NCBI GenBank assembly: GCA_026395755.1
Contig: JAPLYC010000075.1
Location: forward strand, 1-59,646
Direction of reading: 5' to 3'
From: Candidatus Parcubacteria bacterium
GTDB taxonomy: Bacteria > Patescibacteriota > Patescibacteriia > CAIXNZ01
Length of the DNA: 59,646 bases
Shown here one piece after another: positions 52,174 through 59,304 of the stretch. The notes under the pieces were generated by a model, which had not been told where the DNA came from, made no database searches, and worked only from the letters and a program-made list of their open reading frames with translations. Position 1 is the first letter of the stretch. Each line of letters begins with the position of its first letter. The translations under genes and the position numbers were made by a program.

Positions 52174-52956
52174 ATGTCCAGAACTTACACTACAACCGGA
52201 ATTATTTTAAAGCGTCGAGACTATCAGGAAAATGATTGTCTTTTTTGTATATACACTAAGGATTTCGGGAAAATAGAGGTGGTGGCCAGGGGGACAAAAA
52301 AAATCTCCAGCAAACTTAAAGGTTATTTAGAACCATTTTATCTGGTTAAGTTGATGATTGCCAAAGGTAAATTTATTGATAAGCTGGCTAATTGCAACAC
52401 TATAAAAAGCTATGAAAATTTACGCGCTGACCCGTCACTTTTGGGTTTTGCCTTGATTAATTATTTGGCTGAAGGGACTGACGGCTTAATTTCAGGTCAT
52501 ACTTCGCAGAGTGATAAATTTAATTTACTTATTGAGACCCTGAATATCCTGGAACAGGAAATCGCCAAGGATTTACAGGAGAAAAAAGAACGTTTACTAT
52601 TTATATCCAGCATTTATTTTTTAAAGCTATTAGGGCTTTTGGGTTATCAGCCGGAAATTCATCGTTGTGTCTTGTGTCATAAGGGCATTTTATTAACAAA
52701 AAATATTTTTGATTTTTCCAAGGGCGGATTAGTTTGCGAAGACTGTAAAAGGGTTTGCCTAATTGAAGATTATATCCGCGTTTCTGACGGAGTGATCAAG
52801 GTTTTGCAATTGGCCAAAGAAAAATCACTGGATTATTTTGTTACTTTGCCAGTTGAAATCAATGATTTAAAAGCTTTAAATAAGGTGGTGGAAAAATTGA
52901 TTTTAGTAAATGTGGAAAGGCCCTTAAAGACGTTGGAATTCTTTAGGTCAATTTAG
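52174..52956 (+). CDS. recO: DNA repair protein RecO
   Basis: N-terminal OB fold (GIILKRRDY.END......T..FGK....ARG) and a zinc motif C.LC....GG.VCE.C. Confidence 0.85.
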   Translation: MSRTYTTTGIILKRRDYQENDCLFCIYTKDFGKIEVVARGTKKISSKLKGYLEPFYLVKLMIAKGKFIDKLANCNTIKSYENLRADPSLLGFALINYLAEGTDGLISGHTSQSDKFNLLIETLNILEQEIAKDLQEKKERLLFISSIYFLKLLGLLGYQPEIHRCVLCHKGILLTKNIFDFSKGGLVCEDCKRVCLIEDYIRVSDGVIKVLQLAKEKSLDYFVTLPVEINDLKALNKVVEKLILVNVERPLKTLEFFRSI

Positions 52957-52981
52957 CTGTTATTTTAGCAAAAATTCAGTC

Positions 52982-53010
52982 TTGACAGGCTGATTTTTTT
53001 TTGTTAAGGT
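52982..53010 (+). promoter_or_regulatory. Promoter TTGACA-N17-TAAGGT (pyrB)
   Basis: ttgaca at 52982-52987, a 17-nt spacer, and taaggt at 53005-53010. Confidence 0.55.
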
Positions 53011-53070
53011 TGGAACAGGAAATTTCGGTCTTTAACATTCTTATTTTTTTAACCAAAGGAGGGTTTGATC

Positions 53071-54096
53071 ATGGTGAAATATTGGGGTAAAGATAATGTT
53101 GTTTGGCAAGACAAGATGGTTGAAATTGATTTTCCTCATGTCATCCATGCGCAGCAATTCTCCCTGGATGATTTAGAAAAACTTTTTATGCTGACTGCGA
53201 TTTTAAAGCAGCAAATCGGTAAGGGCAAGAAAAAAGACTGGCTGAACGGCAATATTGTTTTAAACCTTATTTATGAGCCGTCTACCAGGACAATGACTTC
53301 TTTTTCCGTGGCAGGTTTAAGACTGGGCGCCGACGTCATTACGCCCGCTGATCCTGCGAAGCTCTCTTCGGTGATTAAAGGTGAAACACTGGAAGACAGT
53401 ATCAGAATTTATGCTGACAAAGTTGATGTGATTATTTTGCGGCATAAAGATGATGATTCGGCGCTGCGCGCGTCAAGATCAAGATTCTGTCAGGGCGTAC
53501 CCATTATCAATGCCGGGGCAGGCAAGGGGCAACATCCGACTCAGTCCTTGCTTGATTATTTTACCATCAGAGAGCGTTTCGGTAGAATTGAAGGGTTGAT
53601 CGTGGCAATTTGCGGTGATTTGAAACATGGCAGAACTTCCCGCTCGCTGGCTTATTTGCTCTCTAAGTATAAAGGCGTCGAGATTTACTTTGTGGCGCCA
53701 CAGGTCGCGCAAATGAGTCCCGATGTCCTTGACTACTTGACTAGTCATAATGTCAAATGGCATCAAAGCGAAACGCTCAAGGAAGTCATCTCTTTCGTTG
53801 ATGTTTGCTACATGACCAGATTTCAAACCGAAAGGGAAGATCCTGAGGAAAAAGAAATTATGGCTCATGCTAGCATGGTCAACGTGATCGACGAACAACT
53901 GGCTGAATCCATGAAAGATGATGCCATTATCATGCACCCGCTGCCCAGAATTCACGAGATCAAATGGGGCGTAGATAAGAACAAGCGTTCTGTTTATTTC
54001 TTGCAGGCGCTCAATGGCGATTATATCCGTATGGCACTTTTACTTTGCATTTTGAATCCGGATAAGGTGGAAAAACTTTTGGCGTCTGCAGCGTAA
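53071..54096 (+). CDS. pyrB: Aspartate carbamoyltransferase catalytic subunit
   Basis: Contains EPSTRT..SF, HPTQ.LLD and HPLPR. SD is aaaggagggtttgatcATG; the listed start is TTG at 53065. Confidence 0.9.
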   Translation: MVKYWGKDNVVWQDKMVEIDFPHVIHAQQFSLDDLEKLFMLTAILKQQIGKGKKKDWLNGNIVLNLIYEPSTRTMTSFSVAGLRLGADVITPADPAKLSSVIKGETLEDSIRIYADKVDVIILRHKDDDSALRASRSRFCQGVPIINAGAGKGQHPTQSLLDYFTIRERFGRIEGLIVAICGDLKHGRTSRSLAYLLSKYKGVEIYFVAPQVAQMSPDVLDYLTSHNVKWHQSETLKEVISFVDVCYMTRFQTEREDPEEKEIMAHASMVNVIDEQLAESMKDDAIIMHPLPRIHEIKWGVDKNKRSVYFLQALNGDYIRMALLLCILNPDKVEKLLASAA

Positions 54097-54186
54097 CAAC
54101 AAAAAGGAGGGTGCCTTGCGCCCTCCTTACTTTTTCTCAACCCTCCTTCGCTCCGTTGGAGCTTCGGAGGGCAAAGGGGAGGAATC

Positions 54187-54309
54187 ATGGTGAATGAAAA
54201 GAATTTACCGGAAGATAAAAAGGGCAAACGCAAGAAAAAAAAGCAGGATAACCGTAAAAAAGTGCGGCGCAACAGCTGGAAGACCAGATGCGCTAGCAGA
54301 CGGAGGTAA
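54187..54309 (+). CDS. Candidate 40-aa highly basic peptide between pyrB and pyrC
   Basis: ggggaggaatcATG encodes MVNEKNLPEDKKGKRKKKKQDNRKKVRRNSWKTRCASRRR. Its last codons supply the pyrC SD (ggaggtaaaacATG). Confidence 0.35.
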   Translation: MVNEKNLPEDKKGKRKKKKQDNRKKVRRNSWKTRCASRRR

Positions 54310-54312
54310 AAC

Positions 54313-55569
54313 ATGGCCAGGCTACTTTTGAGAAACGGAGATTTGGTCGATCCGGTATCCGGCAGTATTCGCCAAAGGGATATCTGGATTGACAACGGCA
54401 GAGTCATTAAGATCGGGCTTAGCCGAGCAACTCGCCAGAGAATAGTCGTCGATGACGGCACATGCGAGGAAATTGACTGCGAAGGACTTTTAGTTGTCCC
54501 CGGCCTGATTGACATGCATGTGCATTTCCGTACTCCTGGCCAGGAACACAAGGAATCTTTGGCCACGGGTAGCATGGCAGCCTTGGCTGGCGGATTTACA
54601 TCTGTTGTCTGCATGGCCAATACTAAGCCGGTGATTGATAATGAAGAAAAGCTTAATAAGCTTTTTATCCTGGCTGAAAACGAAGCCTTAGTCAATATAC
54701 TTCAGGTTGCCGCCGTAACCAGCGGCAGGCAAGGGAAGGAATTAACAGAAATTTGGAAGCTATTTTTAGATGGTGCAGCAGCTTTTTCTGATGACGGAGA
54801 TGGCATTCAGGATCCCGCCATTTTGAGTCAGGCAATCAAGGAATTCGTCGGATATAAAAAACCGATATTACTTCATTGCCAGGATAATAGGTTTGACACC
54901 TATGACAAACGGGCGGAAATCCATGACGTATCCCTGGTTATCCGGTGTGCAGAATCCTGTAATGCTCCGATTCACATTCAGCATGTTTCCTGCGCTGAAT
55001 CAGTGCAGCTGATCCGCGAAGCCAAAGCCAGGGGCGTTAAAGTCACCTGTGAGACAGCGCCGCATTATATGGCATTGACCCAACGCGATTTTAAGCGAAT
55101 TGGCGTTAATGCCATGATGAATCCGCCTTTAAGAGGTAATGCTGACCGCGATGCAGTTATTCAGGGTTTGGTCGATGGCACGATTGATGTGATTGCCACT
55201 GATCATGCGCCGCATACTGATAAGGAGAAAAAAAGCGACAAGCCTCCTTTTGGCATAATTGGATTGGAAACAGCTGTACCAGTGGTTCTCTCAGTTCTGC
55301 AACGACATCTATCGTTGCCTGAGATTTTTGCCAAGATGACAATCAATCCGGCCAGGATTTTGGGACTGGAGCAAAAAGGATTGATCCATGAAGGTTGGCC
55401 GGCTGATATCACGGTCATTGATCTTAAAAAGCGCAAAGCGCTGGAAGCTAAGGATTTGCAGTCAAAGTCACAAAACAGTCCTTGGCTTGGCAAACGGATG
55501 CAAGGCTGGCCAGTGATGACTATTCACAATGGCAAAATCATGATGAGAGAGGGTAAAATAATCCTCTAA
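54313..55569 (+). CDS. pyrC: Dihydroorotase
   Basis: Contains D.HVHFR.PG and DHAPH..EEK-like (DHAPHTDKEK). 418 aa. Confidence 0.9.
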   Translation: MARLLLRNGDLVDPVSGSIRQRDIWIDNGRVIKIGLSRATRQRIVVDDGTCEEIDCEGLLVVPGLIDMHVHFRTPGQEHKESLATGSMAALAGGFTSVVCMANTKPVIDNEEKLNKLFILAENEALVNILQVAAVTSGRQGKELTEIWKLFLDGAAAFSDDGDGIQDPAILSQAIKEFVGYKKPILLHCQDNRFDTYDKRAEIHDVSLVIRCAESCNAPIHIQHVSCAESVQLIREAKARGVKVTCETAPHYMALTQRDFKRIGVNAMMNPPLRGNADRDAVIQGLVDGTIDVIATDHAPHTDKEKKSDKPPFGIIGLETAVPVVLSVLQRHLSLPEIFAKMTINPARILGLEQKGLIHEGWPADITVIDLKKRKALEAKDLQSKSQNSPWLGKRMQGWPVMTIHNGKIMMREGKIIL

Positions 55570-55607
55570 ACAGCAAGGGTGCTCGCAAGAGTGCCCTTTT
55601 TTAAATA

Positions 55608-55688
55608 CGTCAATCGCTTTTCGGTATCGGTTTCCGTTACGTTTATCGTTTTACGTTTAACGAAACGAACTTCGATAACCGATTGACG
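55608..55688. repeat. CG-phased imperfect palindrome, copy A (ends CGTCAATCG ... CGATTGACG)
   Basis: 13 CG dinucleotides in 81 nt, each separated by 3-5 mostly A/T bases. It has a 9-bp perfect terminal inverted repeat. The internal ggtttccgttacg is the reverse complement of cgtaacggaaacc in copy B. Confidence 0.8.
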
Positions 55689-55711
55689 AAAAACCAATTT
55701 ATTGCTAAGGT
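55683..55711 (+). promoter_or_regulatory. Promoter TTGACG-N17-TAAGGT (pyrK-pyrD-pyrF)
   Basis: ttgacg at 55683-55688, which is the right end of element A, a 17-nt spacer, and taaggt at 55706-55711. Confidence 0.55.
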
Positions 55712-55762
55712 TTGGGTACAAAAAGTTATTTGAAAAATCAAGATAAAGAGGAGGAAATCAAG

Positions 55763-56575
55763 ATGGAACAAGAGAAAACTCAGGTTTGTGAGGCTGTCGT
55801 GGTTTCTAATAAACCAAAAGCAAAGGATATCTGGGAATTAAAATTAGACCCAGGTGATGATTTTGATGTTACTGCTTTTTTGCCCGGCCAGTTTGTCTGC
55901 TTGGCTCCTTTGGATTCGAGCTCAACCATGGCCAGGCCTTTCAGTATTGCCAATATCAGTACTTCTAACGGCACTTTTTTTGTGCTGTATAAAGTCATTG
56001 GCAAAAACACGGAACTAATGACCAAGCTGGCATCGGGAGATAAAGTAAAATTCTGGGGACCTTTGGGGCAAGGATTTTTACCTTGTTCTTCTCCAGATCC
56101 TGATTATGACGAAGTTTGGCTGGTGGGCGGAGGAATTGGGATAGCGCCGCTGATTTTCTTCGAAAAGGTAATGACAGAATATCAGGATCGCCTTGTTAGG
56201 GTTTTTTACGGTAATAAAACCAAGGATGAAATCATCCCTTTGGATTTATATACCCAGGAGCCTTTGACCATTACTACCGATGACGGTTCAGCAGGCTATA
56301 AAGGCTTTGTGAGTGATGTCTTTGCAAGTTTTATTCAAGCAGCAAAGAATGAAAAGATTCTGGTCATCACCTGCGGTCCTAATGTGATGATGGCTAAGGT
56401 TGCAGAACTTTGCGAGCAAGCAGGGATTGAATGCCAGGTCATACTGGAGACTGTCATGGCCTGCGGTTTGGGCGTATGCTTGGGATGTTCAATCAAGACG
56501 GCTTCTGGCATGAAACGAATTTGTCATGATGGGCCGGTTTTTCCAGCAAAGGAGGTCTGGGATGTTCTCAGTTAA
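55763..56575 (+). CDS. pyrK: Dihydroorotate dehydrogenase electron-transfer subunit (FAD/2Fe-2S)
   Basis: Contains RPFSI and the C-terminal cluster CG.G.C.GC.......CHDGPVF. SD is agaggaggaaatcaagATG at 55763. Confidence 0.85.
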   Translation: MEQEKTQVCEAVVVSNKPKAKDIWELKLDPGDDFDVTAFLPGQFVCLAPLDSSSTMARPFSIANISTSNGTFFVLYKVIGKNTELMTKLASGDKVKFWGPLGQGFLPCSSPDPDYDEVWLVGGGIGIAPLIFFEKVMTEYQDRLVRVFYGNKTKDEIIPLDLYTQEPLTITTDDGSAGYKGFVSDVFASFIQAAKNEKILVITCGPNVMMAKVAELCEQAGIECQVILETVMACGLGVCLGCSIKTASGMKRICHDGPVFPAKEVWDVLS

Positions 56576-57479
56576 TCTAAGCGTGGAAATAGCCGGCATC
56601 AGATTGAAAAATCCGATCATGCCGGCATCAGGTACGTTTGGCAACGGAGAAGAATTTGCCTATCTTCAAGGCATGGATCTTGGACGGTTAGGCGCTTTGG
56701 TTACCAAGGGTACAACCTTGGAACCGCGAGCAGGTAATCCTCAGCCGCGCATCCGGGAAACAGCAAGCGGTATGATTAATTTCATTGGTTTGGAAAATCC
56801 CGGCGTGGAAGTTCTGATCAATGATAAGTTTCCGTTCATGTCCCAGTTTGGAGTGCCGATCATTGTCAATGTGTCCGGCTTTACACTTCAGGAATATGTC
56901 CGGATGGCGCAAAGACTTGATCAGGTAGCTTATGTTGCGGGTTTGGAAATTAATATTTCCTGCCCCAATGTCGAAGGCGGCAGAATCCCATTTGGCAGTG
57001 ATGCGATCATTGCTGCCAATGTGGTTCAAGCCGTACGCAAGGTGACGAAACTGCCCTTGATTGTAAAGCTGACTCCGAACGTGACTGACATTGTCCCCAT
57101 TGCCAAAGCAGTGGAAGATGCCGGCGCAGATGCGATTTCCATGATCAACACGGTTCGGGGAGTATTTTTGGATAAAGGAAAAATTATCCAGGGCGGACTT
57201 TCCGGACCGGCGATCAAGCCGATTGCCTTGTGCCTGATTAATCAGGTGGCTCAAACCGTCAATGTGCCGATTATCGGCATGGGCGGCATTAGCTCCTTGC
57301 AGGATGTTTTTGACTTTTTCCAGGTGGGCGCTTCAGCCGTAGCAATCGGTACAGCGAATTTCAAAAATCCGCTGATCATGATGCAGCTGATTGACCAGTT
57401 GGAAAAATATTGTGTGGAACACGGGTTGGAAAACATTGACCAAGTCAAAGAGAAAATAAAAGGAGGAAAAGGAAGATGA
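56562..57479 (+). CDS. pyrD: Dihydroorotate dehydrogenase 1B catalytic subunit
   Basis: Contains L.NPIM.ASGTFG, E.N.SCPN and GGI....D..EF...GA.AV..GTA. SD is aaaggaggtctgggATG at 56562. Confidence 0.88.
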   Translation: MFSVNLSVEIAGIRLKNPIMPASGTFGNGEEFAYLQGMDLGRLGALVTKGTTLEPRAGNPQPRIRETASGMINFIGLENPGVEVLINDKFPFMSQFGVPIIVNVSGFTLQEYVRMAQRLDQVAYVAGLEINISCPNVEGGRIPFGSDAIIAANVVQAVRKVTKLPLIVKLTPNVTDIVPIAKAVEDAGADAISMINTVRGVFLDKGKIIQGGLSGPAIKPIALCLINQVAQTVNVPIIGMGGISSLQDVFDFFQVGASAVAIGTANFKNPLIMMQLIDQLEKYCVEHGLENIDQVKEKIKGGKGR

Positions 57480-58270
57480 AAAGGCCGAGAGGAAAAGAAC
57501 GGATTATTGTGGCACTGGATGTGCCGGATTTGGATCGGGCCGGCAATCTGGTTAAGGAGTTGGCTCAGCACGTGGGCATGTTCAAGGTTGGCTTGTACTT
57601 GATCACGTCAGTCGGCTTACCGCAAATCATGGCCTGGTTTAAGAAACAGGGCTGTGATGCCGGCCAAGTGTTCGTTGACAATAAGCTTCACGACATTCCC
57701 CATACCATTGGCACGGCTGCCAGGAAGATTTCAGAATTTAGCGTGGGTATGCTTAATGTTCACGCCAGCAGCGGCTTGGACGGAATGATCGAAGCTGTTG
57801 AGAACTCCAAGTCAGTCAGACCTGATACGGGCGGACCCGAGCAGTATCGTGACACTCTGGTTCTGGCCGTTACTGTGTTGACTTCACATGAAGAAAATGC
57901 AGCCCATCTGATTTTTGGCAGTCCGACCAAAGCCAAGGTGCTGGAATTCGCTCTCTGGGCCAAGCTGGCTGGCTGCGATGGCATAATCTGTTCGCCCCAG
58001 GAACTGGCTATTTTGCGGGCGCAGAGCGTGCTGAAAGACATGTTACTGGTCACTCCAGGCGTGAGGCCAGAATACGCGGCAGCAGGTGATCAGAAGCGCA
58101 TTATGACTCCTGGCGAGGCGGTCAAGGCCGGAGCCGATTATTTAGTGATTGGCCGACCCATCATCAATCCGCCCAATAACATTGGCAGCCCCATGGAGGC
58201 CGCGCAACTGATCGCTGAGGAAATCGAAAAGGCCGAGCAGGAAATGGCCAAGAAAAAAGACGAAGATTAA
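57476..58270 (+). CDS. pyrF: Orotidine 5'-phosphate decarboxylase
   Basis: Contains IVALD, FKVG, D.K.HDIP.T and VIGRPI. An ATGA overlap joins it to pyrD. Confidence 0.88.
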   Translation: MKRPRGKERIIVALDVPDLDRAGNLVKELAQHVGMFKVGLYLITSVGLPQIMAWFKKQGCDAGQVFVDNKLHDIPHTIGTAARKISEFSVGMLNVHASSGLDGMIEAVENSKSVRPDTGGPEQYRDTLVLAVTVLTSHEENAAHLIFGSPTKAKVLEFALWAKLAGCDGIICSPQELAILRAQSVLKDMLLVTPGVRPEYAAAGDQKRIMTPGEAVKAGADYLVIGRPIINPPNNIGSPMEAAQLIAEEIEKAEQEMAKKKDED

Positions 58271-58322
58271 ACAAGGAGAAAAACTCCAAAGGGATTCCCA
58301 ACAGGGAGTCCCTTTTTTCTTT

Positions 58323-58396
58323 CGTCAATCGTTATTCGGTAACGATGCTCGTTTCGATAGTCGGTAAACGTTAAACGTAACGGAAACCGATTGACG
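58323..58396. repeat. CG-phased imperfect palindrome, copy B (inverted relative to copy A)
   Basis: It has the same 9-bp termini, cgtcaatcg at 58323-58331 and cgattgacg at 58388-58396, and 12 CG in 74 nt. It shares tttcgtcaatcg, tcgtttcg and aaacgtaacggaaaccgat with the reverse complement of copy A. Confidence 0.8.
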
Positions 58397-58397
58397 T

Positions 58398-58426
58398 TTG
58401 ACGGATAACGAAGGGTTTGATAAGGT
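58398..58426 (+). promoter_or_regulatory. Promoter TTGACG-N17-TAAGGT (PRTase gene)
   Basis: ttgacg at 58398-58403, a 17-nt spacer, and taaggt at 58421-58426. Confidence 0.55.
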
Positions 58427-58480
58427 GGAGGAAATCAGGGATTGGTCCTTACAAAAACAAGAAAGAAAAGGAGGAAAGCG

Positions 58481-59242
58481 ATGAAAGAATTAGCGGTTGT
58501 TGAGACCGTGAAAAACGGAGGCGTCTTTGCGCTAAACCCGAGTGACTTTGAAGGGCGGCGTATGACTATCAACGAGGTGGTGGCGATTTTGAGCGCCTTT
58601 GATGCCTTTTGGCAATATCAGGGCGATCCTTGTGCTCAAAAGCCTCATGCCCTGTTGAAATCAGGTAAACACAGCAACGGATTCATCATGACCAAGTCGG
58701 CATTGGAATATCCAAAGCTATGCATGATCTTTGCCCATGAAATGCTGAAAGTCATTGAAAAGAGAATTTTCCCAGATGCTATGCCGAAAATAGGCTTTGT
58801 GGCTTGCTCTGCGTATTCGGCTCTCAATTTGGGTTACAGCCTGGCTTTAATTATCGGGGAAAAATACAACATCCCCGTCAGACATGTCATCGTAGAGAAA
58901 GATGACAAGGGAAATCCCACAATCATCCGAGGCGGAATTGATGCTCAGCTGCAAGGCTTGATAATCAATGAACTGATGACCACTGGCGGCGGCAGTACCT
59001 GGGAAACAAGGGATGCAGTTTTAAAAAGCAATAGCCAAAATTCACCGCCGTATGTGATGACGCCAGCCTTTGTATTGATTCACAGGTCTGCGGATTGGCT
59101 CTTGTCCGACCAGACAAAAGTGGAAGCAGTTTTCCATTTCGACATCAAAAATTTCACGCTGGAAGAATGTCCTTATTGCAAAGCAGGGTCTGAAGCTATC
59201 AAGCCTAAAGTCGGAGACAACTGGAAAAAGCTCACGGCCTAA
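58481..59242 (+). CDS. Phosphoribosyltransferase, putative divergent orotate PRTase
   Basis: The PRPP loop reads LIINELMTTGGGS (canonical form ..VDDV.TTGG.). It lies next to pyrF. SD is aaaggaggaaagcgATG at 58481. At 253 aa it is longer than a typical PyrE. Confidence 0.55.
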   Translation: MKELAVVETVKNGGVFALNPSDFEGRRMTINEVVAILSAFDAFWQYQGDPCAQKPHALLKSGKHSNGFIMTKSALEYPKLCMIFAHEMLKVIEKRIFPDAMPKIGFVACSAYSALNLGYSLALIIGEKYNIPVRHVIVEKDDKGNPTIIRGGIDAQLQGLIINELMTTGGGSTWETRDAVLKSNSQNSPPYVMTPAFVLIHRSADWLLSDQTKVEAVFHFDIKNFTLEECPYCKAGSEAIKPKVGDNWKKLTA

Positions 59243-59251
59243 TCTGATTTT

Positions 59252-59285
59252 AAAAAAACCGCTTGAAGAACTCGAGCGGTTTTAT
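59252..59285. terminator. Bidirectional terminator
   Basis: aaaaaaaccgct-tgaagaactcg-agcggtttt. Confidence 0.75.
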
Positions 59286-59304
59286 AATTGAAGTGAGAAA
59301 TTTA

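Noticed and set aside
52957-55760. PyrR-type attenuators or a c-di-GMP (GEMM) riboswitch in the pyr and pilB leaders.
   Set aside because: I could not find the conserved PyrR binding loop (..UCCAGAGAGG..), and no pyrR gene is present. The pilB leader lacks the GEMM GNRA/receptor hairpin pair. Only a covariance-model scan could settle this.
53479-57571. Long antisense ORFs in the pyr cluster: 53479-53955, 54021-54695 (224 aa), 55203-55493, 56688-57254 (188 aa), 57251-57571, 57760-58053.
   Set aside because: The sense frames have unmistakable PyrB, PyrC, PyrK, PyrD and PyrF motifs. The antisense ORFs lack motifs and translation signals, and are expected in higher-GC DNA.
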